This document shows positions 51,534-63,100 of a DNA stretch of 64,000 bases, piece by piece (the first letter of the stretch is position 1; every line of letters starts with the position of its first letter). The notes beneath the pieces are model-generated. The model did not search any database, was not told the DNA's origin, and worked only from the letters and a program-made list of their open reading frames with translations. Where the stretch lies: NCBI GenBank assembly GCA_963662795.1, contig OY759746.1, positions 3,424,001-3,488,000 of the forward strand. Direction: 5' to 3'. This stretch comes from Spirochaetia bacterium. GTDB lineage: Bacteria; Spirochaetota; Spirochaetia; CADAEX01. Made by a program: the position numbers and the translations under genes.

Positions 51534-53111
51534 TCATTTTTCTGAAACTTCTTCATTGTCATCATTAATTTCGTCTTCATTTTCATCATCATCTTCTTCA
51601 AAACTAAGACCTACCCCGCAGTTAGGACACACTGTCATTTCAACAGTTATTTTACTGCCGCAATCCGGACATAAATATGAATCTTCATCAGTTTCCTCAT
51701 CAGAAATATTGTCCGAATCTGCAAGGTCCTTTTCCTCAATCCCATTATTATAGGAATCTGATTCACCGTCATTTTCAGGAATGTAGTCATCAGAATTCTG
51801 ATCATTCTCTTCTATAATTTCAACATTTTCATCAATAATTGCCTTGATTGATTCAATATCCTGCTGGGTTATTCCATCAAGGGCGGCAATTTTTTCAATA
51901 TCTATTGCAAGAAATGTTTCAATCAATTCTATACCATGCTGACGCAATAGTTCAACAAGTCTTTCATGAATTCCCGGTAATTCTTCAATTCTGGTAATTT
52001 CTTCAGTTTTTTCTTCAATTTCATCCCGGAACAGGGCAGATACAGCTTTTTTGGTATCAGCCGAAATATCCATCTGATCAAACTGTTCAATTGTTTTTAC
52101 ATCAATGTTCCAGTCAACAAGCCTGTTGGCAAGTCTGACGTTGAGTCCCTGTTTCCCTATGGCAAGTGAAAGCTGGTTTTCGTTGACAACAGCAAGAGCC
52201 TGTCTCCTGGCTTCATCAAGTATGATTACAGATTCAACATCAGCAGGAGAAAGAGCGTTTTTTATGTAAACCCTCGGGTCAGTATCATATTTTAAAACAT
52301 CTATCTTTTCCCCTTCCATCTCCTTGACAACGGTCTGGATTCTCACCCCTTTAAGACCTACACAGGCGCCTACCGGATCAACATCATCCCTGTGCGAATA
52401 TACTGCCATCTTTGTCCTGTAACCAGGCTCACGAACTAATTTGAAAATTTCCACAGTTTTATCATAAACTTCCGGAACTTCGAGTTCAAAAAGTTTTTTT
52501 ACAAAATCTGTATGTGTTCTGGAAAGAATAATATTAAGTCCTGATTCCTGTTTTTCCACTTCATATATAATTGCCTTTATTCTGTCATTTGGCCTGTATA
52601 TCTCTCTTGGAGACTGAAATCTTTTAGGAAGGATTCCTTCTATTTTCCCAAGATCGACATAGATATTGCCGTTCTTTTCCCTCTGGTAATAGCCGATAAT
52701 CATTTCACCGGTTTTTTCAATAAACTCTGAATAAAGTGTATCTTTCTGAATTTCACGAATTTTCTGTTTTGCCCGCTGTTTTGCGCTCTGCACAGCAACA
52801 CGCTCGAAATCTTTAGGATTGATTTCTATTAAAAGTTCGTCGCCTATTTCACACTCAGCATTATAGGCAAGCGCATCTTCTATTGCAATTTCAAGAACAT
52901 CATCAATTACATCATCCACAATCTTTTTTCTGGAAAATATGGTAACTTCAGTTTCTTCCTCATTAAATCTGATTATTACATTCTCAACAGTACCATATTT
53001 TTTTTTGTAGGCTGCAATAAGAAATTCTTCAATTGTTTTAAGTACAAGCTCTCTCGGGATTCCTTTTTCCTGTTCAAACATTCTTATCGCTTCAGATAGG
53101 TCAGAAGCCAT
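51534..53111 (-). CDS. nusA: Transcription termination/antitermination factor NusA with acidic C-terminal zinc-ribbon extension
   Basis: ILSRTH, FELEVPEV, REPGYRTK, DPVGACVG, LAIGKQGLNVRLA; C-terminal CPDC..CPNC. Confidence 0.96.
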   Translation of the reverse strand: MASDLSEAIRMFEQEKGIPRELVLKTIEEFLIAAYKKKYGTVENVIIRFNEEETEVTIFSRKKIVDDVIDDVLEIAIEDALAYNAECEIGDELLIEINPKDFERVAVQSAKQRAKQKIREIQKDTLYSEFIEKTGEMIIGYYQREKNGNIYVDLGKIEGILPKRFQSPREIYRPNDRIKAIIYEVEKQESGLNIILSRTHTDFVKKLFELEVPEVYDKTVEIFKLVREPGYRTKMAVYSHRDDVDPVGACVGLKGVRIQTVVKEMEGEKIDVLKYDTDPRVYIKNALSPADVESVIILDEARRQALAVVNENQLSLAIGKQGLNVRLANRLVDWNIDVKTIEQFDQMDISADTKKAVSALFRDEIEEKTEEITRIEELPGIHERLVELLRQHGIELIETFLAIDIEKIAALDGITQQDIESIKAIIDENVEIIEENDQNSDDYIPENDGESDSYNNGIEEKDLADSDNISDEETDEDSYLCPDCGSKITVEMTVCPNCGVGLSFEEDDDENEDEINDDNEEVSEK

Positions 53112-53128
53112 TTATTTGATCCTCCAAA

Positions 53129-53575
53129 TTAATAATCTAATTTTGCCTTTCTAATTTCTTCATATTTTAATTCAGTTAAAATACCATCTTCTGTCTCTAG
53201 TTTTACGCTGATTTCATCTGCATCCTTGATTAAAAACATTTCCCAGTCATCAGAATCGTTGACAATTATTTTAACCTTTTTCCCCTTGAAAACAGAGAAT
53301 TCGTCTGCAGTTTTGAGGTTTCTGCTGATTCCGGGAGAAGATACTTCAATGAAAAAATCACGATTATCAGTGTATGCCTCAATGCGTCTTTTTACAGCCT
53401 TGTGAATTTTACTGCAGTCATTGATTGATATTCCTTCCGGCGAATAAAGAACAATGTGAATATGCAATCCTTCATGGAGCATTCTGGAATTTACCTCCAA
53501 AAGGCTGAATCCGGAAGCCTCAACAACAGGAGCAATTACATCATAATTTTCATCTTTTCGTTTAATAAATTCCAT
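53129..53575 (-). CDS. rimP: Ribosome maturation factor RimP
   Basis: GISINDC, EVSSPGISR, IRKAKL; directly upstream of nusA. Confidence 0.9.
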   Translation of the reverse strand: MEFIKRKDENYDVIAPVVEASGFSLLEVNSRMLHEGLHIHIVLYSPEGISINDCSKIHKAVKRRIEAYTDNRDFFIEVSSPGISRNLKTADEFSVFKGKKVKIIVNDSDDWEMFLIKDADEISVKLETEDGILTELKYEEIRKAKLDY

Positions 53576-53605
53576 TTACCCGCCGCAATCATAAAAAAAC
53601 TGCAT

Positions 53606-53633
53606 AAAAAAAGAGCCGATTTTTTCCGACTCT
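53606..53633 (-). promoter_or_regulatory. rimP-leader-like terminator hairpin
   Basis: Minus strand AGAGTCGG-AAAAAA-TCGGCTCT followed by a T tract, about 30 nt upstream of rimP. Confidence 0.65.
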
Positions 53634-53685
53634 CCCCAGCATTCGAAACAATAAAACTATATATAAAATAACAGAACTGATTTAT

Positions 53686-54411
53686 TTAATCAAGTGCAAT
53701 AGTCAATATTATAATATTTTTAAAACCATAATTAATCAGAAGTTCAGAGCAATATCCTGCTGTCGCTCCGGTTGTAAAAACATCATCAAGCAGAATAACA
53801 GTCTCTGAACACTTAAGACATGCGGCTGCATTTTTCCGCTGTATACTTATTCTCCCGCGAAGCTCGGTTTGCCGCTTTTCATAGTCAAGTTCTTTCTGCT
53901 GATGAGTTTTTCCTTTTTTGAAAAGAAAAAATGCACTGATGCCGTAATTTCGTGAAAGTATTTTACAGATATGCCTCATGTGATCCCAGCCGTATTTTTC
54001 AATACGTTTTTGGCTGCAGGGAGCCGGTACAACCGGTATATTTAAATAGTGATCATAGTAAATCCTGTAAATTGATTCCGCAAAAAACCATGATGCATGT
54101 TTTTTACCGTTGAATTTATATTCATGTATTGCTTTCCTTACAAATTTGTTTCTGTAGTCCCATAATGAAATATTGTATTTAAATAAATATTTTCTTCCCC
54201 TGCAGATAGAGCATATATCTTTTTCCGAAACAAGCCTGCGGCTGCAGATATTACAATAATTACCTGAAGCCGCAAGACTATATGCTGACGGAAATATCTG
54301 CAGACAGCTGCTGCATAGTGCTTTATTATTTTTATTGCCATTTTTAAGGAGCTCAGCGCATATAATGCACTGTCGGGGGAAAAAGAAATCGAATAGAAAA
54401 GTGAAAATCAT
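53686..54411 (-). CDS. comF: ComF family protein (zinc ribbons plus PRTase-like domain)
   Basis: CxxC motifs (CIIC, CSSC, CNIC, CSIC), YKFNG, LLDDVFTTGAT. Confidence 0.85.
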   Translation of the reverse strand: MIFTFLFDFFFPRQCIICAELLKNGNKNNKALCSSCLQIFPSAYSLAASGNYCNICSRRLVSEKDICSICRGRKYLFKYNISLWDYRNKFVRKAIHEYKFNGKKHASWFFAESIYRIYYDHYLNIPVVPAPCSQKRIEKYGWDHMRHICKILSRNYGISAFFLFKKGKTHQQKELDYEKRQTELRGRISIQRKNAAACLKCSETVILLDDVFTTGATAGYCSELLINYGFKNIIILTIALD

Positions 54412-54440
54412 ACATGAATTTAACAGGTCGAAAAGACTTC

Positions 54441-57038
54441 CTACTTCAGTCTTTTCTGCCAGTTGTGGATATAATTCAATGCTTCAAGCGGAGTCATTTT
54501 ATTTATGTCAACTGCAGATATTTCTCTTGAGACAATATGCTCTTCTGAAAAAAGCTGGGTCTGTAATTCAGGAGATTTTCTTTTTTTGGCTGATTCAGGA
54601 TTTTCTTCACCGGATGATGGTTTTTCATAAAATTCCAGCAGTTCTTCTGCCCTCAGTATTACACTGTACGGTATACCTGCAATTTCCGCTACATTTATGC
54701 CATAGGATTTATTTGCCGGCCCTTTTTTGATTTTTTTCAAAAAAACAAGTTTCCCATCTTCCTCTACTGCGTTCATGGAAAGATTCTCCATTTCCGGCAT
54801 ATCAAGGTTTACAAGTTCGTGATAATGTGTCGCAAAAAGTGTTTTTGCCCCGATTTTTTTGATAATGTATTCGCAGATACTTCTTGCTATTGACAATCCG
54901 TCCTTGGTGCCGGTTCCCCTGCCCACTTCATCCATTATAATAAGGCTTTTATCTGTCGCGGCTCTCAGTATGTATGATGCCTCTGACATTTCTACAAGAA
55001 ATGTAGATTCGCCTCTTGCAAGATTATCAGACGCTCCCACACGACAGAATAGTTTATCTATCAGCCCTATTTCGGCGCTGTCTGCAGGCACAAAAGCGCC
55101 GGACTGTGCCATAAGAACAATCTGGGCTGTTTGTCTTAAAAAAGTGGATTTTCCAGCCATATTGGGGCCTGTCAGCAGTATGAACGTTTTTTTCCGGTCA
55201 AGAGATACATCATTAGGTATAAATTCCCCCTGGGGCAGATTGGCTTCTACAACAGGATGTCTTCCGTTTTTAATAAAAACTGAACTACTGTCATTAAGCT
55301 TAGGTCTTGTATAACCGTGTACTGTCGCCGAATATGAATATGACTGCAGGCAGTCCAGTTCTGAAAGATTCTCCGCTATATTTCTGAATAATGGAATATG
55401 TATTTTCAGTGAATCTTTTATTTCAAAAAACAACTCTTTCTCAAGTGCAGATATTTTTTCAGCGGCGTTGTTAAGCTCGTTTTCAAGTGTTCCAAGCTGT
55501 TCCGTAGTATATCTCTCAGCACCTACAAGAGACTGTCTTCTTATGAAATGGTCAGGAACCTGATCTATATAGGACTTTGTAACTTCAAGAAAATACCCGA
55601 TTATCTTGTTATACCTTATTTTCAGATTTGCGATACCCGAATTTTCTTTTTCTTCCTCAATGTATCTGTCAAGTATTTCCTGACTGTTGTCCCTTATATC
55701 CCTTAACGAATCAAGCTCGCTGCTGTAACCGGTTTTTATGAGATTCCCTTCTGTCAATATAACCGGAGGATCATCATATATTGCTTTATCAAGATCTTCC
55801 ATAATCCGGTCTGCTGCATCTGAGATTAAAGTATCTGAAAAGAACGGGAAAAGAGTTGAACCGCTGTATTGGGTAATTGTCTGCGCAATTTCATTGAATA
55901 CAATTATTGTATTTTTAAGACCCAGCAGGTCTTTTGCATTTACTTTATCGAGAGCCAGTTTTGATGTAAATCTTCCCAGATCGTTGAGCTGTGAAAGGCA
56001 GGAACGTATCTTTGTAAGAAGAAGCTGATTTTTATAAAAAAATTCAACGTTATCCAGTCTTTTATTAATCAGGTCCAAATCCTTGAGAGGATTTTGAAGC
56101 CATTTCTTGATCATTCTTCCGCCCATTGAGGTTCTGGTATAATCAAGAACGCTCAGCAGGGTGTATTTTGAAGACCCGTCATTCATGTTTTTAATAATTT
56201 CCAGGTTTTTAATTGTTTTCCCGTCTATTTCAAGCGTGTTTTTTTTATTTGTTCTTTCAATATTTGTTATATGTGATAAAAGTGAACCGGAATTTTCCCT
56301 TAAATAATCAATAATTAATCCGGCACATACTATCTCAGGCGAATCATCGTCAATACCGAATCCTTTAAGTGTAGAAACATTAAAATGCTTTTTCAGAGTA
56401 TCAAATGAATTTTCAATATTAAAATACCAGTCAGGATATCTGTTGATTGTAATATTTCCATATTCTGAGATAATTTTTTTTATACCGTTATTTGTCTCAA
56501 TTAAAGATTCCTGGATTATGATTTCACTTGGAGATATTTTAAGAAGTTCGCGTGAAATGTTTTCTTCAAGCATGCCTGAATCAGATGCAAATGATATCAC
56601 AGAAAATTCACCGGTTGAAATATCCACATATGCCATGGAAATAGTGTTTTTAACTTTACCGATTGCTGCAAGATAGTTGTTTTTTTTATTTTCAAGATAG
56701 TCTTCATTGACTATTGTGCCTGGAGTAATAATTTCAACTACTTCTCTTTCTACTATTTTTAAACCTTTCGGCGGGGTATTTGAAAGTTGTTCGCATATTG
56801 CTATTTTTCTGCCTGTTTTAAGCAGTTTTGCAATATATGACGATGCTGCATGATATGGAACACCGCACATTGGAATGTTGTGTCTCTTGGTAAGAACTAT
56901 ATCAAGAATTGAACTTACTTCTCTTGCATCACTGTCAAACATCTCATAAAAATCACCGAGTCTGAAGAAAAGAATTGAGTCCGGATGCTGACTCTTGATT
57001 CTTTTATATTGCAGCATTACAGGGGTGTCAAAAGACAT
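54441..57038 (-). CDS. mutS: DNA mismatch repair protein MutS
   Basis: TPVMLQY, FFRLGDFYEMF, GPNMAGKST, GESTFLVEM, DEVGRGT, FATHYHEL, SYGINVA. Confidence 0.97.
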   Translation of the reverse strand: MSFDTPVMLQYKRIKSQHPDSILFFRLGDFYEMFDSDAREVSSILDIVLTKRHNIPMCGVPYHAASSYIAKLLKTGRKIAICEQLSNTPPKGLKIVEREVVEIITPGTIVNEDYLENKKNNYLAAIGKVKNTISMAYVDISTGEFSVISFASDSGMLEENISRELLKISPSEIIIQESLIETNNGIKKIISEYGNITINRYPDWYFNIENSFDTLKKHFNVSTLKGFGIDDDSPEIVCAGLIIDYLRENSGSLLSHITNIERTNKKNTLEIDGKTIKNLEIIKNMNDGSSKYTLLSVLDYTRTSMGGRMIKKWLQNPLKDLDLINKRLDNVEFFYKNQLLLTKIRSCLSQLNDLGRFTSKLALDKVNAKDLLGLKNTIIVFNEIAQTITQYSGSTLFPFFSDTLISDAADRIMEDLDKAIYDDPPVILTEGNLIKTGYSSELDSLRDIRDNSQEILDRYIEEEKENSGIANLKIRYNKIIGYFLEVTKSYIDQVPDHFIRRQSLVGAERYTTEQLGTLENELNNAAEKISALEKELFFEIKDSLKIHIPLFRNIAENLSELDCLQSYSYSATVHGYTRPKLNDSSSVFIKNGRHPVVEANLPQGEFIPNDVSLDRKKTFILLTGPNMAGKSTFLRQTAQIVLMAQSGAFVPADSAEIGLIDKLFCRVGASDNLARGESTFLVEMSEASYILRAATDKSLIIMDEVGRGTGTKDGLSIARSICEYIIKKIGAKTLFATHYHELVNLDMPEMENLSMNAVEEDGKLVFLKKIKKGPANKSYGINVAEIAGIPYSVILRAEELLEFYEKPSSGEENPESAKKRKSPELQTQLFSEEHIVSREISAVDINKMTPLEALNYIHNWQKRLK

Positions 57039-57043
57039 CGTAT

Positions 57044-57559
57044 TTAATTTTTAGGATTCATTTTTTCTATTACCATATCTGTAATATCAACAGAATGGCT
57101 CCACCAGATAAGATCAGGATCTTTGGAATTCATTATAACAGAATATCCCTCGGTTTCAGCAATGTATTCAATTTTATCAAGTATCTCGCCAAGAAATTCA
57201 GCCGACATCATCAGCCGTTTTTTTCTTTCTTCAATATTTGCAAGTTTTAATCTGCTGTATTCTTTGAGATACTGCTGTTTTTTATTGATCTGTTCATCCA
57301 TTTTCAGGACATTCATTTCGTCATTAAGATTGGAGTAATATAGTTTCCGTTCTTCAAGTGATGTAATATCATTTTTAATTGCAGATACTCCTTCTTCATA
57401 ACTTTTTATAAGTCTTTCAATCTCCTGAAGAGCTCTTGAATCACCTGATATTGATGAAATTACTTTCGAATAGTTTATAATACCTATTTTGGTTATCTGC
57501 TGTGGGAAAACCGATAAAGCAGTGAATAAAAGCACTAAAAGTAATATATTTTTTTTCAT
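57044..57559 (-). CDS. skp: OmpH/Skp family periplasmic chaperone
   Basis: Signal peptide, KIGIIN, coiled coil, IAETEGYSVIM..VDITDMVI; directly downstream of bamA; AAGGAG SD before ATG 57559. Confidence 0.82.
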   Translation of the reverse strand: MKKNILLLVLLFTALSVFPQQITKIGIINYSKVISSISGDSRALQEIERLIKSYEEGVSAIKNDITSLEERKLYYSNLNDEMNVLKMDEQINKKQQYLKEYSRLKLANIEERKKRLMMSAEFLGEILDKIEYIAETEGYSVIMNSKDPDLIWWSHSVDITDMVIEKMNPKN

Positions 57560-57582
57560 ATACGGCTCCTTATTGTTTTTCA

Positions 57583-60147
57583 TCAGAAAAAGCTGGGTGT
57601 AAAGCCAATTACAAAATCCAGCGCCATTGAATTGCTGAAAAGAGGCCCATCATACCATACAATTTCATTATCAATATATTGATATCTTTTTGTAAAGTAA
57701 AAACCAATTGGCATGCCCGGGATTGTCAGACGGAAACCTCCGCCAAGTGAAAAATAATAATCGTTTTTATCCCTGTCCTTAAAAGAATCTTTATCCGACC
57801 AGATACCTGTCCAGCTGTAAAACCAGTCCCACCAAAGAAATTTCTGGATAATCGGCATTCTAAGTTCGAGCCAGTTATCCCAAAGTACCTGCCCGTCATA
57901 GACTCTATCCCAGCCCCTGGCCATTGTGAGTCCGTCAATATAAAACATATCGTCAGTGGTAATATCAAGTGAACCGTCGAACTGTTTCCAGATACGTGAA
58001 AGTGAAGAATTGGCAGCAAAGATGGTTTTAAATTCCCAGTTTTTGAATACAGGTATAGTAAGCAGTGTTTTAAAGTACTGTCCCTTTGAAGTAGTTGAAA
58101 TATAATTTCTGGCTGAAGGCATGATGCCTCCCGTATAAGTAAGCGACTGTTTGAGATAAAAACCCCTTGTAGGGTTGTATGTTAAATCTCTTGTGTCCCA
58201 GTATGCGCTGTACCAGGTTTTATTGATTGTCTGCCAATTCTGAAAATTTTCCCGTACTGTTTCATTATACGGTCTGTATATTTCATCATTATAGTCAATC
58301 CAGGACCTTGTCAAAGTATAGCCGGTTGATGTGTTAAACCTCCCAATTGGAGTGTGCCAGGTATACCCTGTGTTGAGGCCTAAAGAAACATCCCATGATT
58401 CATATTCCATGAGAAAACTCGAAGAGACCTCCTCTCCATGCCTAAGAGCATATTCATAATCTGTAATTGCATCGGAATCTGTTGAAGGGATACCGGTATC
58501 AGGGTCTACAAGTATCCCTGTATACGGATCAGGGACATGCCCTTCATCATTATCGCTATCAGGAAAAACAGGGGCAAGAATATCCTGAAGTGCTTCCCCG
58601 GTCGTCTTGTGCTGAAGGGAAAGGGTAACCCCTCCAGTCCATCTTTTATTTGCAAGCCATTTTTCAGTAAAGCCAAGTGAAACTTTCTGTGAGTCTCCTG
58701 AAAACTCTGTACCGATGCTCAATTCCTGTCCATTCCCCAGGAAATTCCTGTCTGTCCATTTGATAAATGACATGATAGGAATATCTCCTGCAGATGCTGT
58801 AAAAGTCAGTCCGAATGACACATCAGTTGTTTTTCCTTCCTCAACATTAATTATAAGATCCATCAGACCGTCTGTACTTCCCTGCGGAGTATCGGGTTCA
58901 ATTGTGGAAAAATACTGAAGATTATAAAGACTTGACATTCCTTCCACAATTTTTTTCTTGCTGAAAACATCACCAACTTCAAGGGGAAGTTCCCTGAGAA
59001 TGACCTTGTCTTTTGTTTTATCATTACCCCGTATAGTTATATTTTCTATATGTGCCCTGCCCTGTTCAATAATCCTGACATTATAAAAAACTGTAGATTC
59101 ATCTTCATTCCTTGTTTCATCTTTTTTTATAACATTAAAAATATATCCGTCATTGTAATAAAGATCAGCAATTTTGGAAAAATCAGCTTCAAGCTGTGTT
59201 TTATCGAGTATTTCCCCTTTTTTAAGTTTTACCAGATTATTTAATTCCTCATCTTTAAATATGACATTTCCGTTGAAAATTATTCCGTCAAATTTATACT
59301 GCTTTCCTTCGCTTATAGCAAAGGTAATGACAAGATTGGTTTTATTGCCTTCCGCATCTTCTTTAAGATCCTGGAATACATCTGTAACTTTTGCATCTAT
59401 AAATCCATTTTCGCCGTAATAAGTGGCAATTTTTTGTTTGTCTTCCTGTATTTTTGATTCAAGAAAAAGACCTTTTGAAAAAAGTGATTGTTTTTTTGTA
59501 TCAATAACCCTTCTCAAGGTGCTGTCAGAAGCAAAAGCATTTCCTTTAAACTGGATTTCGCCGATTTTAGTCTGGTTTCCCTCTTCAATGTTGAATGTTA
59601 TATCAACTTCATTGTCATTGTTTTTTTCACCGATTTCTCCATTAACAACAACGTTCGGAAATCCTTTCTCTATATAAAGATTGAAAATATTTTCTTCATC
59701 AATTGTAATTTTTGTTTTATTAATAAGGTCGCCGGGTTTTAAAAGGACTGTGTCAAGAATTTGGTTTTTCCTGATGTTTTTATTTCCTTTTATCTGTAAT
59801 TTTTTGACAACAGGACGTTCTATCATATTGAATTCAATTATTACAGTATTTTGCGGATCAAATTTAGACAGATTATCATTGCCCTGTATTGCGTTTGGGA
59901 CAATATCATCAAAATAGTCAAGTGCAAAAAGCTTTCCCTGGATATCCCAGAATAGATCGTCAGTAAAGGTTTTACCGATAAACGGGGCAGTAATTGCTGT
60001 AAGTTCACTTTCTGCAATATTTTTTAATCCTTTAAACCTTATATCCTGTATAACCTTATCGGTATACCATTCAGCATAAAGCATTGAATTTAAAAGGCTG
60101 AAACAGATTAAAAAGAATATCAGAAAAGCCTTTCGATTTAATTTCAT
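57583..60147 (-). CDS. bamA: Outer membrane protein assembly factor BamA
   Basis: Five POTRA-like repeats (IRFKGLKN, IKGNKN, FKGNAF, FNGNVI, IRGNDKTKDKVILRE), NFLGNGQ, ARGW loop motif, C-terminal aromatic residue. Confidence 0.93.
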   Translation of the reverse strand: MKLNRKAFLIFFLICFSLLNSMLYAEWYTDKVIQDIRFKGLKNIAESELTAITAPFIGKTFTDDLFWDIQGKLFALDYFDDIVPNAIQGNDNLSKFDPQNTVIIEFNMIERPVVKKLQIKGNKNIRKNQILDTVLLKPGDLINKTKITIDEENIFNLYIEKGFPNVVVNGEIGEKNNDNEVDITFNIEEGNQTKIGEIQFKGNAFASDSTLRRVIDTKKQSLFSKGLFLESKIQEDKQKIATYYGENGFIDAKVTDVFQDLKEDAEGNKTNLVITFAISEGKQYKFDGIIFNGNVIFKDEELNNLVKLKKGEILDKTQLEADFSKIADLYYNDGYIFNVIKKDETRNEDESTVFYNVRIIEQGRAHIENITIRGNDKTKDKVILRELPLEVGDVFSKKKIVEGMSSLYNLQYFSTIEPDTPQGSTDGLMDLIINVEEGKTTDVSFGLTFTASAGDIPIMSFIKWTDRNFLGNGQELSIGTEFSGDSQKVSLGFTEKWLANKRWTGGVTLSLQHKTTGEALQDILAPVFPDSDNDEGHVPDPYTGILVDPDTGIPSTDSDAITDYEYALRHGEEVSSSFLMEYESWDVSLGLNTGYTWHTPIGRFNTSTGYTLTRSWIDYNDEIYRPYNETVRENFQNWQTINKTWYSAYWDTRDLTYNPTRGFYLKQSLTYTGGIMPSARNYISTTSKGQYFKTLLTIPVFKNWEFKTIFAANSSLSRIWKQFDGSLDITTDDMFYIDGLTMARGWDRVYDGQVLWDNWLELRMPIIQKFLWWDWFYSWTGIWSDKDSFKDRDKNDYYFSLGGGFRLTIPGMPIGFYFTKRYQYIDNEIVWYDGPLFSNSMALDFVIGFTPSFF

Positions 60148-60159
60148 AAAAACTCCTGC

Positions 60160-63100
60160 TTAGTATGAAAATCTCCAGGACAACTGGAGAGAAGTATCAA
60201 CTAAAGATTCATAAAAATCATTTATCCTTGGATATAAAGTAATATCAAGTAAAAACAGAGGAGTGTCAACTTCAAGACTTAGTTCTGTTTCCAGATATAA
60301 CCCCATAAAATCCGGTACATCATAATAATTATATTCATATGTGTCAAAATCCAGAGAGTTAAATCTCAATAAACCTTCAAGAAAAAAGTATTCTCCGAAA
60401 TATTTTCCCATAAAAATAGAAGTATTGTTAAAATAACTATTAAAACCAGACTGTGCCACCTCGGTAGTATTTTTTTCGGTAAGGACATCGTTTAAAAGAG
60501 CATTTTCTATAAACTGAGTTCTAATAAAAAAAAGATCAAGATTAAGCATGTTCCGCATCTGGTTTTCAAAAGGACGCAACAGTCCCATTAGCTGTGTACC
60601 ACTTGTCCCGGCACCCAGCAGCGCTGAACCGAATGTTATGTTTTCACCTCCGAACTGACTGTAAATACCCTGACCAAGAAGAGTATAAATATCATTTTCA
60701 TTAAGCGGAGGGGTTGATTCAAATCGTGGAGAAAAATTGCTCAAAGGATTATCATCAAGTATCAAAGCTATTTTTACTTCCTTGTTATCTGTGGTTCTTT
60801 CCCTTATTTCTGCCCGTGCGGTTATACGCGGATCAAATTCATCCTGGTTTTCATCAAATGAGATTGCTCCTTCTTTCAAAAAAAAGTTCTGGCTGAAATA
60901 AAAAATTTCCCCCCCCAGAATTTTAATATTACCGGTCATTTCAAAAGTGCCGGCAGATTTGTTGCTTTTTATCTTTAATTTTTGTCCTGCCGCCGCAAAA
61001 GTTCTTAAAACCGGAACCCTTACGGAAGGCCAGAAAAATTCCACGCCGGTGCCTGACACGATATCAAGATCAACAATGAAATTTGACCTGCTTTCTTTTT
61101 TATCTATTTTTACTTTTTTGTCTGTGAGTGTTATTATGCATCTGCTTGCAGCTACTTTACCTGTAATCTTAGTCTGACGCCTTCTGCCTTCTATCTCAAC
61201 CTGACCTGAACCATAACCGTCTACATCTACAGCGGAAAATGTATTTTTTATCCATAAACTGCTGCCGGGAGCAGTTCTTGCTTTTAATAAATATTCTCTG
61301 GGAAGCCAATGGTCAATAACAAAATCAATAGCAAGGTATATCTGTTCATTCTGAATCTGTATTAAAGTTTCAGGTATGTAAAACTGCTTTCCTTCAAATT
61401 TGATCACAGTACTGAAAGGGCCTATTGTTTCAGGCGTTATGGCAGATCTGGCAATTGCCGAGCCGGCATAAAGGTTTCCCCATATGTCAGGATCATTAAA
61501 TTTACCTGTAATATAAAGGCTTCCTGAAGCGGTTCCGTCATAAGGATTGAAAAAAGGATTATTCAAAAGGGTTCCGACTGCATTCAGCTGAATTGTAATA
61601 TCATCAAATGCAGCGCTAATATTACCGCCGCCGATATTTCCATGAAGATACCCATTCAATGGCAGAGGCTTCTGAAGTGTTATATTAAATTCACCATTGT
61701 CATAAAAATATGCCGAGATTGAATTACCAGGCCCTCCGGTAACAGTAAAAAGGTTCTCTGTATTTGAGAAATCAAGGGACCAAAAATCATAACCAAGTAA
61801 TTTATTTTTTATTTCACTTAAGGTTATATTTCCGCTTTTAATTTCTGACAACGGTATTTCAAACATTTTTCGCTGTGGCTTATTTTCATTTAATTCACCT
61901 TTAATTGTTAAATTACCTATTACGGATTCCGACGAAAATGATTTCTGTATATTTATGCCGGATTTAAATAAATAGGAGCTGTTTGCCCAGTCAATGTATC
62001 CTGATCCACTGTCAATAGTATTGAAATTATATTTAAGATCAATATTTTTTATATCAATTTTACTGTTATCAGCTTCGAACTGCAGATTGATGGAAAATGG
62101 ATATTCTTCCCAAAGACCATCTGTTACTTTTAAATTCGTAAAAAGAGAAGGATTCATTTCAGTTTTAATATATTCAGCTGTGCCTGAAATCCTTCCTGAA
62201 ATATTTTTGGATGTAAACCGCTGTAAAATGGCATCTGTGAGATTTAACGAGAAATTGAGGCGGTTGTTTTCCGAGCTTAGCCAGGAGTGATACTTTTCTT
62301 TGCCGGAAGCGCCTGACAAAGTAGTCCAGCCGTACCAGGTTGTAAGGTTTTTTACAAAAAAATCACCTCCACCAGTAAGTGTGGAGTAATTATCCTTATA
62401 ACTAAGGCGGTTTAATCTTAAATTATTACCATTAATTAACGAACTGAAAATAATTACAGATTTTTCCTTCCCGGAGGCAAAAGGGTTAATTATTTCATCA
62501 ATTCTATTACTGCGCATTATTATTTTGTATATTCCTGATTTATCAACCTGTCCTGATACACGTAATGATAATTCGGGGGTCATTCCTGTGAGCGGTACCG
62601 GGAGATTCTCTGAAAAAAGAGATATTATTGTTTTATCCTTATCTGCAAAAAAGGTTAAATAAAATCCATAATTACCGCTAATGATTACGCCGGCGCCTGG
62701 AAAAATATTGCCTTTAAAATTGTATATCTGATTATTTATGATAAACTGGGAATTCAGATCAAATTGTGATCCATATACCATGTTTATATTTATATAACCT
62801 GCACCTGTATGATTTTTATAATTTAATAATAATTCACTGATCGATATATTTTTTTCATTTGCATATAAAACGGCTGAAAAATATTCTTCTTTTGCATTAA
62901 GGTTCGAGAACCTGATGTTATCTGAAGATAAATTAAATCCATTAAAATCAGTTGAAGCTTTAATAGATCCGTCAATTAAAAAATTATGGCTGGAATATAA
63001 CTTTTTGCTTATTTCTGAATCAGGATATATGAACTCCAAAATATAATCAAAACCGAAATTATCAAGTTTTATTTCGGATTCCAATCCCGTTTTTCCTCTT

